Program-made: the position numbers and the translations under genes
DNA from: Lama glama
Lineage: Eukaryota
Reading direction: 5' to 3'
DNA: 64,000 nucleotides
Assembly (NCBI GenBank): GCA_028534125.1
Contig: CM052816.1
Coordinates: 25,918,001 to 25,982,000, forward strand
Shown here: piece by piece, positions 25,031 through 38,200 of the stretch
Layout: each line of letters opens with the position of its first letter
Numbering within the stretch: the first letter of the stretch is position 1
Notes under the pieces: model-generated
Database searches by the model: none
What the model was told of the DNA's origin: nothing
Seen by the model: the letters and a program-made list of their open reading frames with translations, nothing else

Positions 25031-27420
25031 TTAGTTACTCAGGTGGAATGATTTTAGGCACTGGGCAGGCCTCTTCCAGATCCGTTCCTATGACAAAATA
25101 TTTTTCCAAGTAGCCCTGCCACAGGCTGTAGGATCTGAAGTTTGTACTTACCTCCTTTTGGTTAGGAAGTTGAAGACTTCAGTGAAAATGTAAATGCTAT
25201 CCAGAAGGCACAAATGCAAGCTGCTTCCATCCCTTGTGTGTTCACTCTGCTGTAGTTAGTTTACTTGGCCCGTTACTGTTTAGCAGCGCTCCAAGAAAAA
25301 TGGCAGGAAAGACAGGAAGGTTTTAATGAAGTCAAAAAATTAAGTCCAGTCACAGTCTCTCCAATTTACTGTAGTCACACAATCTTTTCTCCAAACAAAA
25401 ACTGCAGAGGAAGCCCACTATATAGGCACAAATGGAAAGGATCTCAAACCACCAGGGCTAAGTTTGAGAAACACTGATCTACACATTGGCTGTGCTGACT
25501 GGTCCAAAGGGGTCTTTAGCTCTTTCTCAGTTTGATCGGGGCCGGTCTGGAGCTGGTTCCATATGGCACATGCATTTTAAGGAAACAGACCCACCATCTG
25601 ATTTCACTGGGAAACAAGAGCCCTCATATTGTATTTCACGAGCTGCAGACTACTGCTGAGAAAACATGCGTTAGGAAAGAAAACAGGATTTGGCTCCATT
25701 GTCTATATAAATGATGCTTAGAAAAAGTCATGTCAGAAGCATACCCATGTCATGGGCCATGGACAAATTTTTGGATGTTTTCCCTTCTGCGTGTTTCACG
25801 GTCTTGCTTTTTATTCCAGTAAAAAGGCTATGGCATATGAAAAGGCTTAAGTAACTGCACATTGCTGCCTGTGATGGCTTGGTTTTGATGGATGATGTGG
25901 GATTGTGCAGCTCATTGCAAAGTAATGCTTTTAACTTTTAAATCAACTTTTAAATCAAATCAGTTTTAAGTGAAAATGTTTTACACATTTATGTTCCAGA
26001 TTTTGAGAAAAGCTTTTTTCCTAGAAAACAGCACTTCTTGAGACACACCTACTGGTGAAGGAGGGTAGGGGCTACCTCTCTTGCTCAGAATGTTTACTTG
26101 TATGGACTTCAAACTGCTGCAGGTGTAGGGCCCACAGGCCACTGTCTTAATGAAGCAGTTAATGATGTGTGAATTAAGGATCCTGACAACCCCTTTAGTA
26201 AAAACAGGACTGCATCTGCAGTATTCTGTGGCTGCTAAGTCATGATGGGCTGTCTGCTTAACGTAACGCAGTATCTTTCTTTTAAAACATTGTTCAGCTC
26301 TTTATTGTAAAATAAAACACAGATACAGAAAGCTAGATAAATGTACAGAAATGCAACATCATTAAGTAAAGCACTGTGCTTGCCTTGCAGCTGAGAAAAT
26401 TCCTAATCAGCCCAGAAAGGAGTGAGAACCAGGAACGTGGGTGGATAGGACACTTTGTTTCCACCCAGCTGGGGCTTGGAGGGCAGGAGCCAAAGAGCTT
26501 TTAGAGATGCTGCAGCATCCTGAGCAAGCCAGAGTTTATGCTCTTTGCTTTGGCTGCTTCGCATTCCTGGGAGGTGCCCATTATAGCAAAGGACTGTGTG
26601 TGTGATGGATGTTTTAATGGCCTCAAAGTTGCCCTCTTCTCCCTCCCCACTGGAGGCACAGGAATGCTAGCTTTCCAGTGGATTTTCAAAGAGCTGATTG
26701 TTCTGAATGCTGACTGCTGTTTGGGAAGGGGGAACGCACGGGCCCCCTTTCAGCCCGATGAGCAGTGCCCAAGCCCAGCTGTGGAGCGAGGCACTTTCTG
26801 GTTGCTGACCTGGACAGTCAGAAAGCATGAAATTAAGGCTTGTGAGGGGCTGAAAAATACACCTAAACCACAACAAAGCCTTTTCTCCATTTAACTTGGT
26901 GGCCAATTTTAAGAAAAGCGAATTCAGTTTCAGCCTCAGTAGGTACTGGATTTGGATTCACAGGCCAAGGTCCTGTTTCTCTTATCTTTATCCCTCGGAT
27001 GAGAACATCCCGATCTGCCTTGTTGGGGCAGGGGTAGCTTTCCTTTAACCAGCTCCAGGAACTGTTTGTCTAACCTTCACCGTTCCAGGGGACAGAGAGC
27101 AAATCAAAGAGCGGAGAGCGCATTCACCAGCGAACACAAACCTTTGCATTTGTTCCCAGAGCTCTGGGACCGAGCAGTGAAATCAAGGCAAACTGAAAGG
27201 GTATTGACATGCAAATGCAGCCCTGGGCTCTCTGCTGGGCTTCAGAAAAATGTTCCCTCCCTCCTGGGAAAGGCTGCCTGACTGGGTGGGGTCTAACTGG
27301 GCCAGGCCTTCCTTCTCCTGGGAAAAGCCCCTCAGGAAGCAGGGCCTGAATTAGCCTAGGGGAAGGTGGGTTTTGTGGGGAGAAGAGCACAGGGAGCATC
27401 AGGCAAGTCGGCAAAGTTAC

Positions 27421-27512
27421 ATGGTGACCAGTTGTCCTCATGTGCCTGGCACTTGAGGGGTTTCCCAGGATACAGGACTTCAATGCTCAGACCAGGGCAA
27501 GTTGGTCACCCT
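27421..27512. mobile_element. MER94-like (hAT-Blackjack) MITE
   Basis: Terminal inverted repeats ggtgacca and tggtcacc flank the internal 'gagggtttcccaggatacaggacttcaatgct'. Confidence 0.7.
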
Positions 27513-28329
27513 CGCTGAGAATGATTTGCTACCCTTAACCTTCTCAGAAAGCAAACAGGACCATTGTCTTTATGGAAACAGTGACATCCACTGTGAACCT
27601 TAGAGGCTCCTTATAACCTGTTTCTTCGCCTTCCTTTGGGCTCCACGTCTTTTCTGTAGTCCACTGTAAGGAGCAAAATTAACTAGTTAAATTTTCCTTC
27701 CTGTTTTCAGTCTCCAAGTTCCCACCCATGGGGAGAAGGGGAATAAATCTTGACAAGACTGTCCGTGGGAGAAAAAGAGGATGGGGAAGCCACTTTAATT
27801 ATTAGGGGCCTAATGTGTGCCAGGTGCTAAGTGATCTGTTTCACGCTTATTATTCATTGGCCCTCTCAGAGTCCTGTGAAGTAGGTTGAATTTTGCCTGT
27901 TTTGGAGATGATGAAGTAAGGAGCTGATACATATACATATGGTATAATTTTCTTAACTTCATTTAAGCAGAGGATCTGACAAGAGGACTGCTGACTGGGG
28001 AAAGGAACAGTTACTGAGCCAGACTCTTAACAGACTTTAAAAAATAATGTCATTAAGTGAATTTCACATAGTTTTGCATGATTATTCTCTAAAAATGTAT
28101 GATTGTTGCAAAAATCGTTTGCATATTGAGAAATACAATGTGAAAAGGAAAAGTTTTCCTACTTCGTACCCCTTACCTCTCTACTCCCCAGAGGCAACCA
28201 CTCTTACTAGTTTCTTGTGTAGCTTTTCAGGTATTTCCACACTTACGGATCTCTCTTCATTTCAGTCCACAAAGGTCATCTGTTTTTTGTTTGGTTGTGT
28301 TTTTTTTGTTTTTTCTTTTAGCAATTAGG

Positions 28330-28750
28330 CTGCCCCTTATTAAGATATATGGTATTCTGATACATGAATGTATCATGTAATATGAAGTCTACTATCAAGG
28401 ACATTAAGAAAGTTTTAATTTTTTTCCTATTACAAACAATACCATGATCCACATTCTTGTACACTTATATTTGTACCCTTTTATAGGTATATCTGAAGGA
28501 CAAATGTCTATAAGAGGAATATATACTTAAAATTTGGGTGGATATTGCCAAAAAGCTGTTCAAAATTGTACCGAGTTTTACACCATCCAACGCAGTGTGA
28601 GAGTCCGTGTTTTTCCCCCACCCCAGAAAACAAAATGTTAGAAAATGTTTTCCTATTGACAAAGCTGGTTGCTAAAGAGATAAAATTTCATTGTTGCTTT
28701 AATTTGCATTTCTTTATGCCAGCATTTGAGTATCTTTATATTTGTTTATC
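28330..28750 (-). mobile_element. Old L1 (L1ME-like) fragment
   Basis: 'ctattacaaacaat', 'gatattgccaaa', 'tgcttta atttgcatttcttt...ttgagtatcttt' are typical antisense L1M motifs. Confidence 0.6.
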
Positions 28751-29049
28751 AGGCAATACTATTTTCCTGCAGTCAGTGTGCACTTGTGACAGGTATGGGG
28801 TGCCAGGAATACAAAGATGAACAGGACAAGACACCTGTCTTCAGGTACCTGACAGTCTATCAGGCACATAAACAAAAATGCAGTGAAGAATTGTAAGTAT
28901 CGTAGAAGCAGCTCATATAGAGTACTGTAGGAGTCCGAAGAGCCATGTGGGCAATTCTTCCAGGATGGGTCAAACCTGTAGATCAAGGGTGTGGCTGAGC
29001 AGATCTTGAGGGTGGCCTAGTAGAAATGAAAGGAGTTTTGGAGATAGGC

Positions 29050-29146
29050 AGATTGGGATTCTGATTCTGGTAGTTACTGTGCTATCTTGTGCAATTTCTT
29101 TGACCTCCCTGAGTTTCAGTTTCTTTACCTGTAAAATGGGGATTAT
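29050..29146 (+). mobile_element. MIR SINE fragment
   Basis: 'tttgacctccctgagtttcagtttctttacctgtaaaatggggat'. Confidence 0.7.
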
Positions 29147-29206
29147 GCTGCTGCTGCTTCTCCTTTCCCTCCCTCTTCTCTTCTTCTTCTTCCTCCTTCA
29201 TCTTTT

Positions 29207-29615
29207 CTAGGAAAGGGAGACTTTTGAGGTCCCAGGACCGTGGGGTTCAGTTAGAGGCTGCTGTGCAGGGGAAGGAGGAGGCAGTGGAGGTGGCATGGTG
29301 CTGTGGGCGAGCTTGGCGCTTGATCCTCTTGCGGCAGGTGTGTGTCTAGGTGAGCTGGCTACGGGAAGGGTAGATGATGCTGTCTGTAGGCGAAGCACCA
29401 AGTGCAGGGTGGTGGTGTCTGAAAGTTCTGCCCTTCTCGCACTGTTTGCCCACAAAAATCAGATGCTGTTGGTCAGGTGGGGCGCCCTCCTTGTCTTGGA
29501 TTTTGGCTAAGACATTCTCGACGTTGTCACTGGGCTCAACCTCAAGGGGGATGGTCTTGCCTGTCAGAGCCTTCACAAGGATCTGCATCTCTGCATCCCT
29601 GTTGAAGAGAAAGAG
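29207..29615 (-). pseudogene. UBA52: Processed pseudogene of the ubiquitin-eL40 fusion gene
   Basis: [53 protein letters not shown] from ATG 29588. Frameshifted TLHLVLRL follows, then IIYPSRSQL (cf. eL40 IIEPSLRQL). A 5'TOP-like ctctttctcttca lies at 29615-29603 and a UBA52-like 3'UTR end 'gtcctgggacctcaaaagtctccctttc' is present. No introns. Confidence 0.88.
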
Positions 29616-32600
29616 TGGAATTATATTTCTTAAATGGCACTGTTTGGAGGATGACAGGAGGGACCGCTGATGTACAAGTAACTACTCCATATAAATTTCA
29701 TTGTCAGGACATTGCTTATATCTGAGTTAGAGTACTTCCAAACTTACTCAGTTTTGAGTTTTCAAATATGAAAAGAAGAATAGAGACTTCAGAACCTGGC
29801 CTTGCTCATTTGTGGTAATATCTTCGAATGACAAAATGCTCTTATTGTTACATGATGTAGCTGATGAACATTTACACTGTCGAGGACAGTAAGTCCTGAA
29901 AAAGAAAGTTTACAGAACTATAGGACAGAATGTTCTAATGCCAATATAACCCGGCAAAGATGAAAAAGGACTGAATTACAGGTTGTGACTCAGAGAGGCA
30001 TGGGATGGTGGCTGTATCTGTGCCTTGGCAACTGCAATGCTGGAGCATCGATGGTACCAGCAGTGCCCTGATGGTCTTTGTCAGGGATACCAACCTCACT
30101 TCTCAATACCAAGAGAAATGTCCTGATTCCCTGAAAACAGAATATTCCAAATACCACAACTCTTTTAGTTTCCATTTATTTTACACATATTTACTGAACT
30201 TACTACTGAAATGAAACTTACTCCCCCTTGGGGAGGCTCTTGAAAGACATCAGGCTGTGAGAACTTGGCTTTTATGACTTTGAAGGCAACAAGTTTAATT
30301 CTCTTTTGTGCAGAATTTTGTTTATTCTATTTGCCTTGAAAGAGACCATTTAAATGATTCCCAGTGGGTTACGGTCCTTGGGGAAGGTCCACTGGGTCAT
30401 TTGCTGAGCCGTGTATGTGTCTGCAAAGGGACAGTTTTCCCACCTGGGCTGCCAAAACGACCCATAGATAACAGAGTTCGTGTCCAGGAGCGTTGGCTCA
30501 CATCAAACTCTGGTGGGTCAACACTGAGGCTGCCTGTGGGAGACCACGGCTACACTCACCACTAGCGTGCCCAACTAAAGGGTGTACTCCAGGTGCTGTT
30601 TGGTTTGCCCTACATGTAGCCAAGTTCTTTGTCATAATGTTGAAGAACAGTTTATAAACTGCAGGGAATGTAGAAGCTCTTCTCAGAAGTCAGCCGTCTG
30701 AACCCTCCAACCTAGAGGTCAAGGTGGACTGAAAGGCACAGTAACTTCCCCAGGGCTCGCTGCCTTCCCAGAAAGACCAAGGCCCAAAGTAATGACAAGA
30801 TCAGAGTGACTTTTTTTGAGGTCCTTTCCATCGCAGTAGATCCTCCCTACAGTAACCTGCACAAATCTTGAATTGTAGATTGATGAATTGTTACCTATCT
30901 CCCATGTAACTGGAAATAAAAATTGAATGCAAAACTGTAGAACACAATCCTTGCAAGTATTTTGAAATTAAAAGGGTTTCTTTTTATGTTTTCTGATCGC
31001 TAATTCTAGATAAATTAACCAAAGCTAAACTCTTCTCTCTCTTACTCACTGTTTTTGCTCTTAATGCTCTTATTTTACTGGTGTTTTGAGCACCTGGTTG
31101 ATCTGATTTGGTTGACTCCAGTCCTGTCTAACAACAAGGGAGAGAAGCCTGTCTTCCCTTAGTGTTGCCTGGAGAGTAGGCTCTGGTACCCAGGGGAGCT
31201 CAAAAGAGAGAATCAGGCTGAAAAATCCCTGAAAATCTCTTTGATGTGTTGGAGGTGTTCTTAGATAGTGTTTATTGGAAGCTACGAAAATTGTGACTCT
31301 GGGCTTGAAGCAATCAATAAATCAAATGTAGCATCTGAGGTAGTTTCAGAGCATTCCCTGGGAAACTTGGCTCATTCAGTTCCTCCTCTATCACTTAAAA
31401 GAGAGCTCTTTGTCTTTGGGGTTGATGAGTGGGTATAAAAGCAATTCCAGAGCCAACTGTCAGATAGAGCAAATTCAGTTCCTGCCCTGTAATGACAAGG
31501 TTGTGCACCGCATAGAACCGCTTTTAGATGGGCTTTGAGTAAACTCAGATGAAGAAAAGCTTGTATCATAAAGAGTGAGGGAAAAAAAAACCTCAGAGAG
31601 TGAGGATAAAAAACCTCACCTCAGCTGCGAATACACAGCAATCAAAAGGAGTCCAGCTCTGGTGGGGACACCAGCCCATCACTCCGTTTCCAGGATGACT
31701 TTAGTGATTGAATACAATGGCAGCTCTAAGGGCGACTGCAATAACAGTTTCTCATAAAAAATTAACAAAGAATTTATGGAAATGTAGGAGAGTCCCAAAG
31801 CAATTAGCTTAGATTTCTCTAGAGTCTGAGAAAAGCCTGGATAATTACATGCAGAAACTGCATAAAGTAGCTATTTTCATTATCGCTGGCTACAGAAAAG
31901 TCCATTTTCATCACAATGGGATATAATGATGTTAAAGCTAACAGGGAGCTATGTTTAAAGAGGTTACAACACAGTTTACCAAATGGTTTGATTTATGTAA
32001 CTTTGGAGATAGACACTTCAGGTGACCGTTAAGGAGCCTGGAGATGCTCCCCTTGAAATTTCCAAAAGCCCCTATATGATAGGAAAATATATTACAGTTT
32101 CTGAAAGCTAATTGTACATTATCACTAGGATGCACAAGTATGAATTTAATGTGTCTCAGAATTGAGAGCTAAATTGTACTACAAGCTGGCACATGAATAT
32201 CCATTCCGACTCGACTCTGTTGTAAATTGACTATTACGGACGTTTACCGGTGCACTTAGGGCTGGGGTCCCCTTCCTGAATGTCCTGGCACCCCATGGAA
32301 GCAGAGGCAACATTCAGAAAACCCACAGAGCCCAAGCTGACAAAGAGATGATGTGTCATTGTTGAAATGTCACAATTTTCAGTAAAATAAAATAAAATGA
32401 AGAGCATCATCTCTTCTGATCTTCATTTCCAAGCACTGGTAGTTTAATGACTCTTCCCAAGTCCAAGAAAGCCAATTCCTCCTCGGCCAGCTGTAAAGAA
32501 ATGAGGAAAGACACTTAATACAGTGATCTTTTTTTATTAACTTCTGGTGTCCTCTGCAATGACAACACACACATCTGAACATCCTTGTCTATCTAGAAAA

Positions 32601-35600
32601 AGCTGTAGTTAAGGCTGTGCCTGGGATTCGAATGATTCTTGAAACCATTAGATTCTTGCTATGAAGCCCACAGAATATTAATAACTTTAGTTTGCTGCAG
32701 TGTCAAAAGGATCATACAGTCTCTGTCTTACTTGATAAACACTTGCTGTTTAAAGAAAAGAAAAAAAAAAGAAGAAGAAAGAGGTCATTTAAGTGTTTCC
32801 AACAAAAGCCTCAGCAGAAGTCCTACTCTGAATGGACACTGCTGTCTGGGGACAAATGTCAACACAGTTCAAGCTTTGTGAAAAGGACTGAAAAGACCCG
32901 CAAGCCCACACATGGGCACTCTTATGGCCAGCATTAAGAAAATCAATCTAAAATAACGAAACTGCATTCACATCACAACCTGGCCAGTACACATCCAGCA
33001 GATGTGACAGTCATATTTTGACAGTTCAGATAGCTGATAACGGATGGCAAAAGCAATTTCTCTTGGACGTGGGACCTGGGTTTATGCAATTACAGCTCCT
33101 CTGTTTGTCTGGGCCATATTAAGGATGCAAAAAGCGGAGAGAATAAACAGAAGCCAGTCTCTTGGTATAATCGATGCAAAACAATGCGAGTCCCATCAGT
33201 ATCTTTCTAGTCTACTTTTAATTTTTGTTCGCTGCTGCATTTAATAATAGCCCCAAGAATAAATTAAAATTCCTGCCATCCTTTTTGCTTCCCAGCTTGC
33301 CATCTTTTGCCAGCCTCTTTGTCATCCCAAACACATTTTTTTTTAGCACATTATTCACCTGGTAAATGCAAGAAAGGAAGGAAGAATGAATAGAAAGCTT
33401 TGTTGTAAATGGAACTGGTGTTTCACTCAAGCATTGTGAATAGCTCTGACATTCAACACCCTTGTACCTGAAACTTCTGGACATCTCCCATTCTGGCAGG
33501 TCAAATAAAGCTGTTTCTTGGGCGATAGTTTTAAAGTACTTGTAACATGTTTTGATTTACAGATTATCAATTCTGCTGAGCAACAGAGACATATTTGGGA
33601 GTTGCATAAACAAATACATTCAGCTGTGCTGTGGATTAACCTAAAGTGACACATTTATTTAAAAATCTGCCTACTACTTGTCCTCATTGATTAAATGCCC
33701 TTAAGAAAGTAAGTCTGATGAAATACAAGCCATTAAGATGCAGCACACCTACTCGCCTCCTTTTGATGGTTGACACATTCCCCAGGGTGGGAGATTGGAC
33801 GGCTGATAAGCTAACACTGAATTATAAGCACTTTGTGGAATGTCACTGGCAAGTGAAAGATCTACTGTTTTGCTTGCAAAGCAACCATATGCCTTCACGG
33901 CACAAAAACGGACACGGTGCAGAATTATTTCATCCTCTGTGTGCAGCATGCAAATGAACGTGTACCCTGCGTGTGCATGTTCACGGCCAAGATCAGCTCA
34001 GCACAAGCATGTCTTGTTCCTGGCTGCTGTCCCACTGATCACAAACAGAAGGGTCCACCAAGGACTTTGTCAACATTGTCAGAACTCTGAGGAGCATTGA
34101 GTGATTTTGCTGTGGCCTGTTACCTGAGCTTTAGCAGTTTTGGAACAGGTGGCAGGTGAGCTCAGATTTATTCTCTAGGACTGTGGAGACAATCCTGCCC
34201 AAGACACATCCCAGGTGTGAGCTCTACCTGGAGCTGAAGCCTTGATGGTGAAGCAAGTAGCAGCAAGGCTAGTTTTCAAAAGAGAATTGGCATGAATGCT
34301 CCTGATCAGATGGGGAGAACCATTCAGAGTGTTTCTGCTGTGAGGGCTGTATGACGCTGAAGTTTGGAAAGCTATTTAGGGGAGTTGAGAGCAGCCCACC
34401 GTACTTGCCCAGACATCTGAGTGGCTCTGCCTAAACTCTGGCCTCAGTGAAGGGGGGAGGGATGCACATCCTCTTTCAGAATGAGTGTGGCTCCAGGTCA
34501 GCCCTGAATGGAGAAAACTGCAGCTCTAGGACCTGGACCCTCAGCTACTGACACCTTGAGCTCTTCACTTCTCATTTACATTTGACTGCCTGTCTAGATG
34601 TCACCTGGAACCCAATTTCTGCTCCACCTGCCCCTTTGTGCCCCATTTACACATACATTTTCCTCTCTTCCTAACTTGCTAAATGTAGTTTTAAGCAAAA
34701 TCTGGGGTTGCCCTGTTCATTCCATGTGGCTCTCCTTGCCTGCTTTTCATATATGCAGAAGAATGTAGGACAGATTGTACATAATAATAATAAGGGAGAA
34801 GTCCCATTGAGAGAGGTTAGTCATTTGTGGCATCAGAAACCATGAGAGGGAGGCTTTGAGTGGTTTATCAATGTCAGAAGAAGGCAGAGATCAAATTACA
34901 ACTTAATATGCACAGTTGGGTGTGTTTTATTATTTATAAGACAGACTTCATTTTTGACCCTTCTCTGAACGCTCTGTCATTCTTCTGATGGGGCTCCTGT
35001 CCTGCTCATCCCCCCTCACCCAACCTCTACCATTTAAAATATCCTAAACTGCAGCTGTCAGGCAGGCTTGGGCACACCGAGCAAGGCCATTACTTTCCCT
35101 ACAGCATCCTTCTCAGAAGTCAAATCCTGGTTTCTCGGTCGGGTATTCCAGAGCTGAGTGAATTGAAAGGAAAAAGGAAAAAGCAAGCTCTTTTGGAGTT
35201 AATGTGTCAAAAATGGAGCTTGTACCCACTGAGGGGATTGAGAAAAATCAAAAATAGCAGACTCAGTCGTCAAATATCTATTCCTCTGTGGCAGGCACTG
35301 TGCCTAGGTACTGGGGACACAGAGAGGGTCCCCTGCCTTTATGGAGTGTGCGGTCTTGTTAGGGAGACAGACAAATAAACAAGAGACTTCCAGGATGTAA
35401 CTTATGCTATGAAGGCCTGGAACCAGTGGAGGAGGGAGTCCAGGGATGCTCTCCAGGAGGAGAGGCCAAGTAAACAAATGTGGGCAGGTGTGTCAATTTC
35501 TAAGTTACTGTTATACTGTTTTTACACCCTGTTGGCAGGCCTCCAGCAGCTCATCATTATAGTACTGATAATGAGCAGAGTGTGTGCAGTTCATGTGGAG

Positions 35601-35615
35601 AGTTTTCTTGGGAGA

Positions 35616-36001
35616 TGGATTAGTTTTCTGGAGCTGCTATAACAGCACCACAGCCTACGTGGCTTAAACAGCAAACGTATGTGCTCACGGCTCTGGAGGC
35701 TGGAGGCTGAGATCAGGGTGCTGGCAGGCGTGCTTCTTTCTGAGCCTCTCTGCTTGGACTGTAGGTCACTGTCTTCTCCCGCATCTCCACGTGCTCTCCC
35801 CCGGTGTGTGCACATGTCTGTCCTAATCTCCTCTTCTTATGAGAACACTAGTCATGTTGGACTTGGATCTGCTCTAGTGACCTCATTTGCACTTAATTAT
35901 CTCTTTTAAAGAACTTACCTCCAGACACAGTCACACTCTGAGGTACTGGGGGTTGGAACTTCAACTTACGAATTTTGAAGGGACACAATTCAGCCCATAA
36001 G
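35616..36001 (-). mobile_element. MaLR solo LTR (MLT1B/C-like)
   Basis: 'ttagttttctggagctgctataacagcaccacag...ctctggaggctggagg...gtcacactctgaggtactggggg...gggacacaattcagcccataa'. Confidence 0.88.
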
Positions 36002-36954
36002 GCAAGGAGGGAAACGTCTGATGGTAGACCTTTGTAGGGATGTAATTTGGGAAACATTATCTTATCCTCTGGTACGTGTAATGTGCGGCACCTGGTGCCT
36101 AGGAAAATCATGTCACATGCCACCCTGAGGGATCATTCTGCCTTTTTTAGTTGGTCTGGCTCCAGTGGTGTGGGCCCTGTCCTGAGTGAGCCTTCTGAGA
36201 ACCTTGGACTGGGCTAGAGATTCTTTTTAAAGAAGTTTTACATCTATCAGCTCAACTTCGGGAGGTGGTTCTGACCACCAGTTCTGAAAAGGGGCAACTA
36301 GGCATTCCATATCTGAGTGTATCTTAAGTAAAAGTATCAAGCTAACTATTAGAAAAATGACACCTAGTTTTAAGAAAATCTGTTGATACATTCATAATTT
36401 TGTACCACAGAAGGAAATTAATGGAGAATTTATTGGAAACTGTGTGCTCAGCACTCTGCTAAGGAGAATGAAGAAGCACAAGAATTGATTTATTCTTCCT
36501 TTCACTCCATAAATATTTGTTGAGTCTTTACCGTGGGCTTCATTTACAGTGTCCATTTTTTGAAACATGTCTGAGTATCACTCAAACATGATGTATGGAG
36601 CTCTTTTCACGAAGCCCTTTCCAAGGCACTGTGGTGCTTGCTGGGGGCATGGTCGTGATAAGACTGAGCATCTGGGCTCCATAAGACTCAGAGGAGGCTT
36701 CCTGGAAGATGAGCTCCTGAGGATGGGATGGGAGGAACAAATAGTTAGAATCCATGCAGAGCAAAGGTGATGACAAGGATGGAGAGCTAGTTGTGAGTAT
36801 CTAGGAGAGGAATTGGAAGGGAAAGGGAGGCTCCTGAAGGGGATGCTGACTCCCATGGACTTCTTAGACAGGATCTTTGAGTCTAAGTGTTTCTCTTCAT
36901 GGACCTGATTAATAACATAGACATCAGAAAAAATGTCCTGGTCTTTGTTTTACA

Positions 36955-36990
36955 CATAAACACAGACACATACACATACACATACACACA
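36955..36990. repeat. Imperfect (CA/TA)n microsatellite
   Basis: cacagacacatacacatacacatacacaca seen directly. Confidence 0.7.
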
Positions 36991-37109
36991 TCTACTCAAA
37001 TTGGTACGTGCTTAGCCCCTGCACTTCCTTTACTTAGCTGTCACATTGTCTTAAGTGTTTACTTACCTACGTACCTCCCATACTGAGTCTGCATTTCTGG
37101 TGCTCCAGA

Positions 37110-37412
37110 CCACGAAGTGCAGAGTTGTTAGGTTTTATGGGTTTGGTAATTTCATATGCTAATAATTAGGAGGATTATTACAACTAGTTTGGGGAACAGG
37201 CGAGGAGTTCCAGGTAACGTCCCCTCCACCCGCCCATTTTTTTGACCTTTTATGACCATCATAGGAACTGTCATGGTGCCTGTGGGTGTGCTGTGAGGCT
37301 CAAGGTCTCCTGGAAGTCAGATCTTCCGCCATCTCGGTTCTAACCATTTTGTCCTGTCCTCAATTACTGTGTCATTCCTTCAATGGCTGTGCCCTACCCC
37401 CTTTCCTCCCAC
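37110..37412 (-). mobile_element. ERV1 LTR fragment (MER41-like, laurasiatherian)
   Basis: 'gtaatttcatatgctaat...ggaggattatt...ggaactgtcatggtgcctgtgggtgtg...atcttccgccatct...aatggctgtgccct'. Confidence 0.6.
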
Positions 37413-37419
37413 TTCATTT

Positions 37420-37660
37420 ATGCTAGCTGGAATGTGGTTTTCATAGTAGGAGCTGTCTTAGGCCCCGAGGCAGAATCTGTGTGCTCAGAATGGTGGAGCT
37501 ATAAGACAGAAAAACCTTGCTTTCATCATGTTTGCAGAGTTGACATTACAACCCTAAGCAGTTTGCCCGGACTTTAATTTGAAAAACAGAAGAAACTGTC
37601 ATTTATTTAAGCCACTGTTACTTTAGATTCCTTGTTACTAGCAGCCTAAACTAATCCATT
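37420..37660 (+). mobile_element. MLT1-type LTR 3' part
   Basis: 'ttatttaagccactgttactttagattccttgttactagcagcctaaactaatcc'. Confidence 0.55.
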
Positions 37661-37699
37661 TATTATACTACATATGATTCTCACGTATGTCCTTTATTT

Positions 37700-38200
37700 T
37701 TACCACATATGTGTGTATCCTAGCCAGTTTTTACATTGTGTGTTAATATTACAGCTGGGTGGTATCATACAGTACATATCCTTTTGAAATTTGCTTTTTA
37801 AAATATTTGACAAGATTTTTTTTGATATTTATCCATGCTGATATTTGTAGACATAGTTCATTAATTTTGACTACAGGTCCTCAGTTTATCTCTGTCTCTA
37901 CTAAGGAATAGGTAGGTGATTTTCACTATTTTACTGTTGAAAAAGCACTACAACAAACACCTTTGTACATGTTTTGTGGTGTAAAAATGTGAGAATTTCG
38001 GTGCGGTGGATAGCTGGTGGTAGTGTTTCTGGATTGTAAGTACATACATGTTTAGCTTTACTAGGTCTTGTCAAAGTGGTTGTTCCAAGCAGTGTATGAA
38101 AGTATCTATTTCTCTGCATCCTGACCAATGTTTGATATCACTGGATTTTTCAGTTTTTTCCTATCCAATGAGTGAGAAATAGGATTTTATTGTTGTTTTC
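37700..38200 (-). mobile_element. Old L1 (L1ME-like) fragment
   Basis: 'atttatccatgctg...tagttcattaattttgact...gtcaaagtggttgttccaagcagtgtatgaa...tgcatcctgaccaa'. Confidence 0.65.

Noticed and set aside
25934..25960. aacttttaaatc tandem repeat (similar small duplications at 44440-44467 and 20979-20996)
   Set aside because: Ordinary slippage micro-duplications with no further structure.
29346..29588. Functional ubiquitin-like protein
   Set aside because: Frameshift after about residue 55, many substitutions in a nearly invariant protein, and no C-terminal GG.
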